From an uncultured Ignavibacteriales bacterium (lineage in GTDB: Bacteria; Bacteroidota; Ignavibacteria; UBA10030; SZUA-254): a stretch of DNA of 64,000 nt. The DNA lies in NCBI GenBank assembly GCA_963714795.1, contig CAVQPS010000010.1:385002-449001 (forward strand), in the 5' to 3' direction. Below, one piece after another: positions 20,891 to 31,671 of the stretch. Position 1 is the first letter of the stretch. Each line of letters opens with the position of its first letter. Below the pieces are notes generated by a model. The model searched no databases. It was not told the origin of the DNA and saw only the letters and a program-made list of their open reading frames with translations. A program made the translations under genes and the position numbers.

Positions 20891-21664
20891 ATGAACGAGA
20901 AAGAAATCCGACCGTACATCCTCACGCAGATGTTTGGAAAAAAGATTTTTGCATTTGATGTCCTGGATTCAACCAATGTCAAAGCAAAATCGCTGGCTCT
21001 CGATAACGTCCCGGAAGGAACAGTCGTTATCACCGATAACCAGATAGCCGGAAAAGGAAGATTAGGAAGAACATGGAGTTCGGAAGCAGGAAAGAACCTG
21101 ACATTTTCCGTCATCATTCGCCCGCGGATTGCTTCTCAACATCTCGGAATTCTTTCCCTGTATGCCGGCGTTTCCATCGCACGTGCAATATCACAACTGA
21201 CCAATAAGACTGTTCGCTGTAAATGGCCCAACGATATTCTTCTGAATAAGAAGAAGGTGTGCGGAATTTTATCGGAATCTATCATCTCGAACAGTTCACT
21301 AACTCCCGTGATTATCGGCATCGGCATCAATATTAATCAAAGAGATTTTTCTTCCGAACTTCACGGGAAAGCCACATCGTTGGCAATCGAAACCGGAAGA
21401 GAATTCGACCGCTGGACAATTCTCGCCGAAATATTGCAGGAAATGGAAACGAGCTATGCCGACATTCAGGCGGGTTCATTCGACACAATTCTACGACAAT
21501 GGACAGAATATAGTTCATTCATCGGTCAACCGGTCAGCATCGACCAGCACGGAACGATTGTCCACGGTATCGCTTCTCATGTTGCAGCTGACGGAGGACT
21601 GGTCATTCGCTCGAACGGCAAGGAAGTAAAAATTCTTGCCGGTGATGTAACAATCACTTCTTGA
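20891..21664 (+). CDS. birA: Biotin--[acetyl-CoA-carboxylase] ligase, group I (no N-terminal HTH)
   Basis: The motifs GKGRLGRTWSSEAGKNLTFS, KWPNDILLNKKKVCGIL and a C-terminal SH3-like domain are present. Confidence 0.85.
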   Translation: MNEKEIRPYILTQMFGKKIFAFDVLDSTNVKAKSLALDNVPEGTVVITDNQIAGKGRLGRTWSSEAGKNLTFSVIIRPRIASQHLGILSLYAGVSIARAISQLTNKTVRCKWPNDILLNKKKVCGILSESIISNSSLTPVIIGIGININQRDFSSELHGKATSLAIETGREFDRWTILAEILQEMETSYADIQAGSFDTILRQWTEYSSFIGQPVSIDQHGTIVHGIASHVAADGGLVIRSNGKEVKILAGDVTITS

Positions 21665-21675
21665 AAGATCATTTT

Positions 21676-22452
21676 ATGATTCTTGCCATCGACATCGGAA
21701 ACACGAATACTCATGCGGCAATTTTTCAGAAAAATAAAATCCTTGCCGAGTTGCGATTTGCCAGTCATCGCGAACGGACACCGGATGAAGTGTGGCTGTA
21801 TCTCAAATCTTTTTTTGACGGTAAAACAATTTCCGTCAAACAGATCGAGGGCATCGTCATCAGTTCCGTCGTCCCTGCAATCACGGAGGCTTACTCTCAG
21901 GCAGCAAAACTTCATATTCATCACACACCTGTTGTTGTCAGCGGCACGCTCGATATCGGCATGGCAATTCAGTACGACGATCCTGCAACCCTCGGTGCCG
22001 ATCGGATTTGCGCGGCGGTTGCTGCCTTTCAACGGTATGGCGGACCATCGATCATCATCGATTTCGGAACTGCAACCACCTTCGATGCCGTTTCCAAGAA
22101 GGGAGAATTTTTAGGCGGGGTCATTGCGCCGGGAATTCAAACCGCAGCAACGGAACTTTTCCGGAAAACCAGCCAGCTCACCAATGTGGCTCTTCAGTTT
22201 CCAGCCAATGTTCTCGGCAACAATACCGTTGCGTGTATGCAATCGGGCGTTCTCTTCGGAGCTGTCGAAGCAACCGACGGCATGATCAGGCGCATTAAAC
22301 GTGTCGTGGGAAAGCATGCAATCGTTGTTGCAACGGGAGGGTTTGCACCATTGATTTCAGAATTAAGTCATGAAATCAAATACATCCAGCCGACACTCGT
22401 TCTGGAAGGGGCGAGATTAATTTTCGAACATTCACGCCGGAAGAAAAAATAA
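21676..22452 (+). CDS. coaX: Type III pantothenate kinase
   Basis: The N-terminus is MILAIDIGNTNTHAAIF. The motifs GADRICAAVAA and IIIDFGTATTFD are present. The ORF is open from a TTG at 21661, but the ATG at 21676 gives the canonical start. Confidence 0.85.
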   Translation: MILAIDIGNTNTHAAIFQKNKILAELRFASHRERTPDEVWLYLKSFFDGKTISVKQIEGIVISSVVPAITEAYSQAAKLHIHHTPVVVSGTLDIGMAIQYDDPATLGADRICAAVAAFQRYGGPSIIIDFGTATTFDAVSKKGEFLGGVIAPGIQTAATELFRKTSQLTNVALQFPANVLGNNTVACMQSGVLFGAVEATDGMIRRIKRVVGKHAIVVATGGFAPLISELSHEIKYIQPTLVLEGARLIFEHSRRKKK

Positions 22453-22472
22453 CGATCGGCTTCGCTTCGTAT

Positions 22473-22510
22473 AAAACAAAAGAGCATCCCGCGGGATGCT
22501 CTTTTTCATT
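22473..22510. terminator. Bidirectional rho-independent terminator between the convergent genes coaX and nuoN
   Basis: A perfect palindrome agagcatcccg/cgggatgctct spans 22481-22502. It is flanked by aaaacaaa upstream and ttttcattt downstream. Confidence 0.65.
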
Positions 22511-22526
22511 TATCCTGGACGATCGA

Positions 22527-24029
22527 TTATCGTACGCCGAAAATAGAAACCGACGCTTGAGCGAATTCAATGAGGGGACCGAAATACAACCCGATGAGAA
22601 GTATCGGAATCACCAAAATCAAAAGGACGATAACCTGCGAGACCGAAAATGAAATGGGTGATGTCGATTCCGGCGGACCGCTTAAGAACATATTTTTCAA
22701 GATGCGGACATAATAATAGAGCGAGACAACGCTGTTCAGCACACCGACAATGGCAAGCCAGATCCATTTCGCATTGATCAAAGCCGCAAAGATATAAAGT
22801 TTACCGATAAAGCCGGCCGTCGGAGGAATACCGGTTAACGAAAGAAGAAAAATGGTCATGACGACGCCGGCAAAAGGTGAACGATATCCCAGCCCTTTAT
22901 AGGAATCGATATCTTCACTGCCGATTTTATCCGCAATCAGCATCACGAGATAGAATGCGCCGAGGTTCATAAAGAGGTAAACGGAAAAATAGACCATGAC
23001 CGCCGCGATACCCTCATTACTCAAAACGACAACACCCAAAAGCATATAACCTGCGTGAGCGATGCTGGAATAGGCAAGCAGCCGTTTCAAATTCTGCTGC
23101 CAAATAGCGACGAGGTTACCGAGTGTCATCGTCAGAACCGCGATGATGGCTAACACTTGATTCCATTCAAACCCGTGGAAGATTGCCCACATGCCCGGGG
23201 CAAGATTGCCGACCGCCGGATCAAAAAATGCCACTTTAAAAAATCGAATCATCATGGCAAAACCGGCCGCTTTCGATGCAACGGAAAGAAATGCCGTTAC
23301 GGTGATCGGTGCGCCTTCATACACATCGGGCGTCCAGAAATGGAACGGCGCCGCGGATATTTTATATCCGAAACCGGCAATAATGAAAATACCGGAGACG
23401 ATAAGGGCAAGAATATTGACATCCCCTGCCATCAATGCCCTGTTGATGCCGTAAATATCGACAGCACCGGTCAGTCCGTACATCCAGGAAATGCCATACA
23501 ACATCAATCCGGAGGAAACTGCACCATAGATAACGTACTTCAACGATGCTTCACTCGAATCGTTTTCATCTTTCATAAATCCGGCAAGGATGTATGAACT
23601 GATGCTCGTCAGTTCGAGAGCAATGTACATCATCAAGAGATTGCTCGCTCCGGTCATGAGGAACATACCGAGGGTTAACGATACGAGCAGGGCGTAATAT
23701 TCACCGAGATGCCGTTTACCGGTCTGCAATTCTTTCGATTGCAAAGAAAATATCATGACCAGGAAACTGCTTGCGAGAATGATGAATTTGAAAAAGATAG
23801 AAAATCCATCCACGGCAAACATCTGGAAGAAAATCGAGCTGGGTGTTCCGGAAGATTGTTCGACGACAAAATACGCGGTCACGATCAATCCGGCAATAGC
23901 AATCCCCGCAGAAATTTGTGCGCGCGTTCCCTTCAGAAAGAGATCGACGAGAATCAGCACACAAAATGTAACCGCGAGAGTCGTTTCCGGCCGAAGCAGT
24001 GTAACACTATTGAGGATTTGATCAAGCAT
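22527..24029 (-). CDS. nuoN: NADH-quinone oxidoreductase subunit N
   Basis: It is a 500-aa polytopic antiporter-like subunit. It is the last gene of the nuo operon and has typical NuoN/ND2 segments. Confidence 0.9.
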   Translation of the reverse strand: MLDQILNSVTLLRPETTLAVTFCVLILVDLFLKGTRAQISAGIAIAGLIVTAYFVVEQSSGTPSSIFFQMFAVDGFSIFFKFIILASSFLVMIFSLQSKELQTGKRHLGEYYALLVSLTLGMFLMTGASNLLMMYIALELTSISSYILAGFMKDENDSSEASLKYVIYGAVSSGLMLYGISWMYGLTGAVDIYGINRALMAGDVNILALIVSGIFIIAGFGYKISAAPFHFWTPDVYEGAPITVTAFLSVASKAAGFAMMIRFFKVAFFDPAVGNLAPGMWAIFHGFEWNQVLAIIAVLTMTLGNLVAIWQQNLKRLLAYSSIAHAGYMLLGVVVLSNEGIAAVMVYFSVYLFMNLGAFYLVMLIADKIGSEDIDSYKGLGYRSPFAGVVMTIFLLSLTGIPPTAGFIGKLYIFAALINAKWIWLAIVGVLNSVVSLYYYVRILKNMFLSGPPESTSPISFSVSQVIVLLILVIPILLIGLYFGPLIEFAQASVSIFGVR

Positions 24030-24049
24030 TGGAATTCATCATAATCGAA

Positions 24050-25639
24050 TTAATGGACAAGCATTGAGACTGCACCGCTTTTATTGATAACATCGACAAG
24101 CGTATTGACTGCCGACGTCATAAGATTAATAGCAGGCGACGGATAAATGCCGAGAAAAATGACGATTACGGCAAGAGGAACAAGCGTGAATAATTCTCTT
24201 CCGTTGATATCGGGAAGCGATTTCCATTTTTCCGGAATCGTTCCAAGGAACACACGTTGCAGTGTCCAGAGCATATACGCCGCAGTGAGAATAATGCCGA
24301 GCGTCGATGCAATCGTAATCGAGCGGATCGCTTCCGATTGAAATGCACCGAGGAATGAAAATGCTTCACTGATAAAACCGCTGAGCCCGGGCAAGCCGAG
24401 TGCAGCGAAAAATGCAATCGTCATAATGCCGGCGTACTTCGGCATCTGGTTCATCAAGCCGCCGAACTCGTTCAACCCCCGCGTATGTGCACGATCATAA
24501 ATCACGCCGACAATCAAGAAGAGCATTGCGGTGATCGTTCCGTGATTGAACATTTGAAATATGGCGCCGGTAATTCCCTGCGTGTTCAGAGATGCAATGC
24601 CAAGGATGACAATGCCCATATGACTGATACTCGAATACGCGATTAATTTTTTGAAATCATCCTGCGCCATGGCGCAAAGCGCTCCATACACTATATTAAT
24701 GAATCCAAGAATCGCCAGTGGCACCTGATAATGCAAGGCTGCATCGGGGAACATCGGTAAACTGACGCGAAGAAGGCCGTAGGTTCCCATCTTCAACAGC
24801 ACGCCGGCAAGAATAACGCTGATTGCCGTCGGGGCTTCGACGTGTGCGTCCGGAAGCCACGTATGAAAAGGAAATATCGGGACTTTGATCGCAAACCCGA
24901 TAAACAATGCGATGAACGCAACATATCTCCACGATGTATTGAACCCTCCGAGTAAAGAATTCGCATCGAAGTTTGCCGGATTCATCATAGCAAGCATGTT
25001 GAACGTATGCATTTTTTCTCCCGTTGCCGGGTCAACCACGCTCACACTGAAGTACAATGCCAGCAACGCCAGCAGCATCAATACGCTGCCGAACAGTGTA
25101 TAGAGGAAAAATTTTATTGCCGCATATTCACGCCTCGGACCGCCCCAAACGCCGATCAGGAAATACATCGGGAGAAGCATCAGTTCCCAGAACACGTAGA
25201 AGAGGAAGAAATCGAGCGAAACGAAAACTCCCATCATCCCGGCATCGAGCAGCAGAAGGAGAGCAAAATAACCCTTCAATGATTTCTCGATTCCCCACGA
25301 TGCAAACACTGCGACGAATGAAATCAGTGCCGTCAGAATAACCATCAACACGCTCAAACCGTCGATCCCGATAAAATAATCGATATGCACACGACCGAAC
25401 CAGGCAACCGATTTAATATCGATCCACGATGCTTTCTCGACAAATTGGAATCCTTCCTGCGTATTGATGCCCGCCATGCCACGATTAAAATTCATGTAGA
25501 TAACAGCAGCAAGAACTACTTGCGCTCCGGCAATGAAAGCGGCAGTCCAACGAAATGCGTTCTTATTCTCTTTCGGAAGAAGAAGAACGATAATCATCCC
25601 AATGATCGGGAGAAACGTGATCCACGTTAAAACGCCCAT
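24050..25639 (-). CDS. nuoM: NADH-quinone oxidoreductase subunit M
   Basis: It is a 529-aa antiporter-like subunit with NuoM/ND4-type conserved blocks (WLPDAHVEAPT, FLLQ...). Confidence 0.9.
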   Translation of the reverse strand: MGVLTWITFLPIIGMIIVLLLPKENKNAFRWTAAFIAGAQVVLAAVIYMNFNRGMAGINTQEGFQFVEKASWIDIKSVAWFGRVHIDYFIGIDGLSVLMVILTALISFVAVFASWGIEKSLKGYFALLLLLDAGMMGVFVSLDFFLFYVFWELMLLPMYFLIGVWGGPRREYAAIKFFLYTLFGSVLMLLALLALYFSVSVVDPATGEKMHTFNMLAMMNPANFDANSLLGGFNTSWRYVAFIALFIGFAIKVPIFPFHTWLPDAHVEAPTAISVILAGVLLKMGTYGLLRVSLPMFPDAALHYQVPLAILGFINIVYGALCAMAQDDFKKLIAYSSISHMGIVILGIASLNTQGITGAIFQMFNHGTITAMLFLIVGVIYDRAHTRGLNEFGGLMNQMPKYAGIMTIAFFAALGLPGLSGFISEAFSFLGAFQSEAIRSITIASTLGIILTAAYMLWTLQRVFLGTIPEKWKSLPDINGRELFTLVPLAVIVIFLGIYPSPAINLMTSAVNTLVDVINKSGAVSMLVH

Positions 25640-25708
25640 GGTTACAAATTCCTTCCAGTAAACAGCATATTATTCATAGTGATTTTAAAAACAGTTATGT
25701 CGCCGGTA

Positions 25709-27955
25709 CTATTTCAAAAAAACGAACATCAGAATCATCATGCCGAGCAAAACCAGGGCAATGTACGATTGCACTCTTCCGGTTTGAAGTTTTCTCATCA
25801 CGGCACCGGTAAACCCCGAAGAAAGTGCAACACCGTTCACAAGACCGTCGACAACATACTTATCGAAACCGCCCGCACCGGACCAGAAGAAAAATAATGT
25901 CAGCCCGCCGGTGAGTATCGCCATCAGAATTGCGCTGACAAACGATTGCTGCATCCAGAACCATTCGCCGATCCAAAACGCAACCAAACCTGCAACGATA
26001 ACGCCGACAATAAGAAATGCCGTTGCACTGAATCGCTTCCCTTTTGCATGCGCGTCATAGCCGAACACAACGGCGATTGTCCAGCTTGCGACGCCGTTCA
26101 CAAAACCGTCGACGACATACGTATCAAACCATCGGAGAGCACGCGTCAATGCAAGCGTTCCGCCGACAACAACGGCGCCGTACAATTCGTCGAAATACCA
26201 CTTGTTCAATAAAAATTTATAGAGACCGTTCAGGCGTGCGGCCCAGGCGTCGGCGTCAATCTTCTTCCAATAATATGTGACAAAGGCAAGAAGCATACCA
26301 AGTCCGGCAACCAGCAGCGAAAGTATCATCGCAGTATAATGTGCCTGATGATGTGCTTCTTCGAAGACTTCATTGCTTGCTGCCTGCACGGAAGCGGGCA
26401 CCACCGATACTGGCCGTTCGACGGCGTGTGCAAACCAGCCGTTACCTGCATCGATCGGATTGTTCGAATAGAAAATAAAAATACTGAGGGTTGCAAAAAC
26501 AACCAGGGGAATCGTCATCGTCTTGGGAGATTCATGAAGATGTTCGAAACGATGATCATCGACATGTTTTCCGAAAAATGTCAGGATAACCATGCGAAAC
26601 ATATAAAATGCAGTCAACCCGGCAACGAAGAAACCGATAATGGGAATAAGGTAATGTCCGGTCAATTGGCCGAATGCCAGCGTCCCGGCAAGAATCGAAT
26701 CTTTACTCAAAAATCCCGATGTCAGCGGCACACCGCTGATCGCCAGCGTAAACATCAGGAACGTATAAAACGTCACGGGCATTTTCTTTCTCAAGCCGCC
26801 CATATTGCGGATGTCCTGCGCATCGGTATGATGATCATTCTGGTGATGTAATGCATTGTGCATCGCGTGAATGACGGAACCGGATCCAAGAAACAATCCC
26901 GCTTTGAACATTGCGTGCGTAACCAAATGGAAAAATCCGGCAGTATACGCACCGACACCAAGTCCCAACACCATATAACCGAGCTGGGAAATCGTCGAGT
27001 AGGCAAGAACTTTTTTAATATCGTTTTGTGCGATGGCAATGGTTGCGGAAATAAATGCCGTAATGGCACCGATATATGCAATCACGAGCAATGCATCGGC
27101 GGTCATCATCGGAAACGTACGAGCGATAAGATAGACGCCTGCGGCAACCATGGTCGCGGCATGAATCAACGCGCTCACCGGCGTCGGACCTTCCATTGCA
27201 TCGGGAAGCCAGACGTGCAGAGGAAACTGAGCCGATTTTCCTATCGCTCCGCAGAAGACTAAGATTCCTGCAGCGGTCAACCATGCTTCACTGCCCATCG
27301 GAATGTGCCCGCTGCCGATGGCACTGAAAATCTCCTGGAAGCCGAACGTGTGAAATGTTAAATAGAGAATCATGATGCCGGTAAACATGCCGACGTCGCC
27401 GATGCGGTTGACAATAAATGCCTTCTTCGATGCATTTGCCGCGGATTGTTTTTCGTACCAATGTCCAATCAGAAGATACGAGCTCAATCCTACCAATTCC
27501 CACCCGACGTACATCGTGAAGAAATTACTTGTCAGAACAATCATCAGCATCGAAAACGTAAAAATGCCGAGGTATGCAAAATACCGCGAGTACCGGACAT
27601 CGCCGTGCATGTAACCGATGGAAAACAGATGCACAAGCGAGCTCACCAACGTTACCACGACCAGCATGATGGCCGAGAGGTTATCGATCGTCAATCCTAA
27701 ATTGACCTGAAGCGAACCAATCACCGGCACAGCACCGAACGAAAGCCATTGGAATGTATAATTGATCGGCCCTTCGATCGATAATTTCTGCACCAACATG
27801 ATAACGGAAAGGATCAAACAAACAAAAAGAATCGATGTGCCGAACCAATCGCCCTGCCGCGGGAATCGCTTCCCGAAGAAAATCAGAACGACAAAACTCA
27901 ATAGCGGAAGAAGGAGAATTGCAACGGCAAACTGTATCAAGATTTCGGGCGACAA
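25709..27955 (-). CDS. nuoL: NADH-quinone oxidoreductase subunit L, extended to 748 aa with a duplicated C-terminal motif
   Basis: The NuoL/ND5 core is present (WLPDAMEGPTPVSALIHAATMV). The C-terminal FD.YVVDG.VNGVA motif occurs twice (FDTYVVDGFVNGVA and FDKYVVDGLVNGVA), separated by extra TM segments. Confidence 0.9.
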   Translation of the reverse strand: MSPEILIQFAVAILLLPLLSFVVLIFFGKRFPRQGDWFGTSILFVCLILSVIMLVQKLSIEGPINYTFQWLSFGAVPVIGSLQVNLGLTIDNLSAIMLVVVTLVSSLVHLFSIGYMHGDVRYSRYFAYLGIFTFSMLMIVLTSNFFTMYVGWELVGLSSYLLIGHWYEKQSAANASKKAFIVNRIGDVGMFTGIMILYLTFHTFGFQEIFSAIGSGHIPMGSEAWLTAAGILVFCGAIGKSAQFPLHVWLPDAMEGPTPVSALIHAATMVAAGVYLIARTFPMMTADALLVIAYIGAITAFISATIAIAQNDIKKVLAYSTISQLGYMVLGLGVGAYTAGFFHLVTHAMFKAGLFLGSGSVIHAMHNALHHQNDHHTDAQDIRNMGGLRKKMPVTFYTFLMFTLAISGVPLTSGFLSKDSILAGTLAFGQLTGHYLIPIIGFFVAGLTAFYMFRMVILTFFGKHVDDHRFEHLHESPKTMTIPLVVFATLSIFIFYSNNPIDAGNGWFAHAVERPVSVVPASVQAASNEVFEEAHHQAHYTAMILSLLVAGLGMLLAFVTYYWKKIDADAWAARLNGLYKFLLNKWYFDELYGAVVVGGTLALTRALRWFDTYVVDGFVNGVASWTIAVVFGYDAHAKGKRFSATAFLIVGVIVAGLVAFWIGEWFWMQQSFVSAILMAILTGGLTLFFFWSGAGGFDKYVVDGLVNGVALSSGFTGAVMRKLQTGRVQSYIALVLLGMMILMFVFLK

Positions 27956-27959
27956 ATTC

Positions 27960-28268
27960 CTATTCCTTTAGTTTATTGATTTCATCCACATTCACAGTGT
28001 GGAAGCGCTGATAAATATTCAGCACGATCGCCAGCGCGATGGCGGCTTCAGCGGCAGCAAGAATAATAACGAACACCGCGATCGCCTGTCCGTCCAGTTT
28101 CATTCCGCCGTACCGTGCGAACGCGATAAAATTGATATTGGCGGAATTCAAGATCAACTCGATGCCCATCAGTACGAGAATTGCATTCCGGCGAGTGACG
28201 ACGCCGTACAATCCCAATGAAAAGAGAATCGCGCTGATGATAAGATAATGTGTGAGACCAACCTGCAT
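27960..28268 (-). CDS. nuoK: NADH-quinone oxidoreductase subunit K
   Basis: It is a 102-aa three-helix subunit. The conserved Glu-containing segment is LMGIELILNSANINFIAFA. Confidence 0.9.
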   Translation of the reverse strand: MQVGLTHYLIISAILFSLGLYGVVTRRNAILVLMGIELILNSANINFIAFARYGGMKLDGQAIAVFVIILAAAEAAIALAIVLNIYQRFHTVNVDEINKLKE

Positions 28269-28337
28269 ATCAATTCAAAAGTTAAAAGTCAAAAGTAAAA
28301 ATGAAAAAGTCAAAATGAAAAAATCAAAAAAACCATT

Positions 28338-28856
28338 TTATTTCTTACCGACTGAGAACTTATCTTTTCGGGCAATCATTGCCGCTCCGATTAACGCCAC
28401 AAGCAAGACGATGGATGCAACTTCAAACGGCAGTGAATATGTCGTGACAAATAATTCGCCGAGAGAATTTGCCGTGGATTGCGGAGCGGGAATACCCTCG
28501 ACGATTTTCCAATCGGTCAGGTACACGATCGCACACAAAAAAGGTGCAAAAACGCCGATGATCAACAGCAACGCGGGCATCGTTTGCAATGTGCCGGTTT
28601 TCATATCGACGCTGATAACTTTATTCGTCAACATCACGCCAAAGAGCAACAGGACCAAAATACCGCCGACATAAATCAGTACCTGCGCGACGGCAATAAA
28701 ATCGGCATTCAGCAAAACGTAAATTCCCGCCACACCGAAAAAAGTGAACAACAACGAAAACGCCGAGTAAATAATATTTTTTGAAAAGACGACAATAATG
28801 CCGGAGCCAATGGTGATGATCGCAAAAAAGTAAAATATGATATCGTAAAAGTTCAT
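28338..28856 (-). CDS. nuoJ: NADH-quinone oxidoreductase subunit J
   Basis: It is 172 aa. The NuoJ/ND6-like N-terminus is FYFFAIITIGSGIIVVFSKNIIYSAFSLL. Confidence 0.85.
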   Translation of the reverse strand: MNFYDIIFYFFAIITIGSGIIVVFSKNIIYSAFSLLFTFFGVAGIYVLLNADFIAVAQVLIYVGGILVLLLFGVMLTNKVISVDMKTGTLQTMPALLLIIGVFAPFLCAIVYLTDWKIVEGIPAPQSTANSLGELFVTTYSLPFEVASIVLLVALIGAAMIARKDKFSVGKK

Positions 28857-29467
28857 GACGGTTTTGGAGGAGTTGATGCCGGTGGAGCGTCGGGCGGTTT
28901 TACGGCCGGTGTTGCCGGAGCGGCAGCTTTTGCAGCGGCAGCAGCTTGCGCGGCAGCGGCTTTTTTCGCCGCTTGTTCTTTTTCGTATTCCGCAGCGCGC
29001 GCTTTGATATCGACAACTTCAGCCGGCGTTACTGCCGCATAATTATAAATAAGATTATGCCGGTCGTATTCGGAAAACTCATACACGTCGGTCATTTTGA
29101 TACATTCCGTCGGACAGGGATACACGCAAAGTCCGCAATAACAACATTTCGCAATATCGATATCGAATTCCGTCACCCACAGCCGCTTCTTCTGCCCTGT
29201 CGAAGTCATTCCCAAATCATCCGTCGGGAGTGATTTAATGGTTTCGATTTTAAAACAATTCACGGGACATGCCATATCGCACTGGAAGCAGCCGATACAA
29301 TCGTCCATATTGACATATAACCGGTTGCGCGCGCGTTCCGGCAATTTCAATTTCACGTCGGGATATTGGATTGTTACGGCAGGCGTGAAGAGATGCTTGA
29401 ACGTAATCTTCATGCCGACGAGCACGGTCCAGATTCCTTGAAAAATATCTTTAAAATATTGTTTCAT
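28853..29467 (-). CDS. nuoI: NADH-quinone oxidoreductase subunit I (2x[4Fe-4S] ferredoxin-like), with an Ala/Pro-rich C-terminal tail
   Basis: Two CxxCxxCxxxCP motifs are present (CIGCFQCDMACP and CCYCGLCVYPCP). The C-terminus is EQAAKKAAAAQAAAAAKAAAPATPAVKPPDAPPASTPPKPS. Confidence 0.9.
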   Translation of the reverse strand: MKQYFKDIFQGIWTVLVGMKITFKHLFTPAVTIQYPDVKLKLPERARNRLYVNMDDCIGCFQCDMACPVNCFKIETIKSLPTDDLGMTSTGQKKRLWVTEFDIDIAKCCYCGLCVYPCPTECIKMTDVYEFSEYDRHNLIYNYAAVTPAEVVDIKARAAEYEKEQAAKKAAAAQAAAAAKAAAPATPAVKPPDAPPASTPPKPS

Positions 29468-29473
29468 TGTCCG

Positions 29474-30493
29474 TTAAAGGATCATCCATAATCCGACGCC
29501 GAGGACGCACACAAACGCCCACGGTATCAATACTTTCCAAGCCACATACATCAATTGATCGACGCGCAGGCGCGGCAATGTCCATCGCAGCCACATCTGC
29601 ACAAATACGAAGAACATTCCTTTCGACAAAAACCAGAACATACCGAAAATGGGACCGCTCAGGAAATCGCCGAACGGACTGTTCCATCCGCCGAGGAATA
29701 ATGTCGCACCGATTGCCGATACGGCAAACATGTTCGCATATTCCGCGAGGAAGAAGAGTGCAAATTTCATCCCGCTGTATTCGGTATGATATCCCGCGAC
29801 AAGCTCCGATTCCGCTTCCGGAATATCGAACGGCGTGCGGTTCGTTTCCGCAAGAGACGAGACAAAATAAATGATAAAGGCAACGAACACAAACGGAAAT
29901 TTCTGAAAGACGTACCAATTCCAGAACCAGCCGGTTTGTGCCTGATTGATTTGCTGAAGATTGAGCGATCCGGCAATCATCACAACGGCAAGCAGTGCAA
30001 GTGCAGTCGGAATTTCGTAACTGATAATTTGTGCGGCCGAGCGCAATGCGCCGAACAACGACCATTTGTTATTTGACGACCAGCCCGCCATGAGAATTCC
30101 TACAACAACGAGCGATGAGACGGCAATAATATAAAAAAGACCGACATTGATGTTGCTTCCGATAAACCCGCTGCTGAACGGGATTGCGGCAAATGTTGCA
30201 TACGAACCGATGAACACGACAAATGGGGCAAGAAGATGGAGTTTCTTATCGGCAGCGGCGGGAACGATATCTTCTTTCTGAATCAGCTTCAGAATATCGG
30301 CAATAGTTTGCGCCCAGCCATGCCACCCACCGGCACGCATCGGTCCGAGACGGTCCTGCATGTGGGCAGATACTTTCCGCTCAAGCCATACTGCGCCCAG
30401 AGCGTACGGAACGATCCACAACAGAGGCACGAACGCCATGATGATGTACGTCAGCAGATCACAGTGGAGAATATCGTTTAACAATTGTTCCAT
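29474..30493 (-). CDS. nuoH: NADH-quinone oxidoreductase subunit H
   Basis: The NuoH/ND1 signature is present ([34 protein letters not shown]). Confidence 0.9.
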   Translation of the reverse strand: MEQLLNDILHCDLLTYIIMAFVPLLWIVPYALGAVWLERKVSAHMQDRLGPMRAGGWHGWAQTIADILKLIQKEDIVPAAADKKLHLLAPFVVFIGSYATFAAIPFSSGFIGSNINVGLFYIIAVSSLVVVGILMAGWSSNNKWSLFGALRSAAQIISYEIPTALALLAVVMIAGSLNLQQINQAQTGWFWNWYVFQKFPFVFVAFIIYFVSSLAETNRTPFDIPEAESELVAGYHTEYSGMKFALFFLAEYANMFAVSAIGATLFLGGWNSPFGDFLSGPIFGMFWFLSKGMFFVFVQMWLRWTLPRLRVDQLMYVAWKVLIPWAFVCVLGVGLWMIL

Positions 30494-30496
30494 AAA

Positions 30497-31669
30497 TTAT
30501 CTGTCGACCTCCCCAAGCACGATATCGGTACTGCCTGCGATAGCAACGATATCGGCAATCATATAACCGCGGCAAACTTCCGGCAGAACGCTCAAGTTGA
30601 CAAACGACGGTGAACGTCCTTTCACGCGGTACGGGCTCGCTGTTCCGTCACTGACAATATAATATCCGATTTCTCCGCGGGCAGATTCGGTACGAACGTA
30701 CAGATCGCCGGCATTCGGGCGAATCCGTTTCGGAATTGCCGAGTGCACATCGCCGTCGGGAATTTGCTCCAGCGCTTGTTCTATAATATTAATGCTTTGT
30801 TCCATTTCCCGCATGCGCACCATATACCGGTTCCAGCAATCACCGACTACGCCGACGTCACCTTTCCCAACCTGCACTTCCCACTGAAATTTATTATACA
30901 CCGAGTACGGATCATCGCGCCGCAAATCCCAATTCACGCCGGAACCGCGCAGCATCGGACCGGAACAGGCGTACGCAATTGCCACGTCGGCAGGTAAAAT
31001 TCCGACATTTGCCGTACGCTTGATGAAAATATCGTTGTACGATAAAAGGTCATTAAATTCTTTGATGTTCGGCCGGAAGTATTTGCAGAATGCTTTGGCT
31101 TTATCGATAAACCCGGGCGGAAGATCGTGCGAAACGCCGCCGATCCAGATATAATTATAGAGTAATCGTGCACCGCATGTTGTTTCGAACAGATCGAGAA
31201 TACGTTCGCGGTCACGGAACATAAAGAGAAACGGCGTAAACGCTCCGATATCGAGACCGTATGTTCCGAGAGCAATCAAGTGCGAGGCGATACGCTGTAA
31301 TTCGAGCATAATCACGCGAATGTATTCCACGCGTTCGGGAACCTGGATACCAAGAAGCCGTTCTGCGCCAAGAACAAAGCCATATTCCATATTCATTGCA
31401 GCACAGTAATCCAGCCGGTCGCAGTACGGAATAACCTGCTGATAATTCGTCATGGCTTCACAATGTTTTTCGAAACAACGATGAAGATAACCGATATGAG
31501 GAATAACCTCAACAACGATTTCACCATCAACAACAAGCTCGAGCCGAAGCACACCATGGGTTGACGGATGTTGCGGACCCATATTGATGATCATCTCTTC
31601 GGTACGAAGAGTGCGGCCGTTCGATGTTTTCACTATTGGATGAGATGTTTCGAACATTTCAGAATGCAA
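30497..31669 (-). CDS. nuoD: NADH-quinone oxidoreductase subunit D (49 kDa)
   Basis: The motifs MIINMGPQHPSTHGVLRL and a C-terminal RSPSF are present. Confidence 0.9.
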   Translation of the reverse strand: MHSEMFETSHPIVKTSNGRTLRTEEMIINMGPQHPSTHGVLRLELVVDGEIVVEVIPHIGYLHRCFEKHCEAMTNYQQVIPYCDRLDYCAAMNMEYGFVLGAERLLGIQVPERVEYIRVIMLELQRIASHLIALGTYGLDIGAFTPFLFMFRDRERILDLFETTCGARLLYNYIWIGGVSHDLPPGFIDKAKAFCKYFRPNIKEFNDLLSYNDIFIKRTANVGILPADVAIAYACSGPMLRGSGVNWDLRRDDPYSVYNKFQWEVQVGKGDVGVVGDCWNRYMVRMREMEQSINIIEQALEQIPDGDVHSAIPKRIRPNAGDLYVRTESARGEIGYYIVSDGTASPYRVKGRSPSFVNLSVLPEVCRGYMIADIVAIAGSTDIVLGEVDR

Positions 31670-31671
31670 AA

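Noticed and set aside
29451-30065. 204-aa ORF on the minus strand, overlapping nuoH in another frame
   Set aside because: It lies out of frame inside the well-conserved nuoH. Its Arg/Cys-rich low-complexity translation indicates a non-coding frame.
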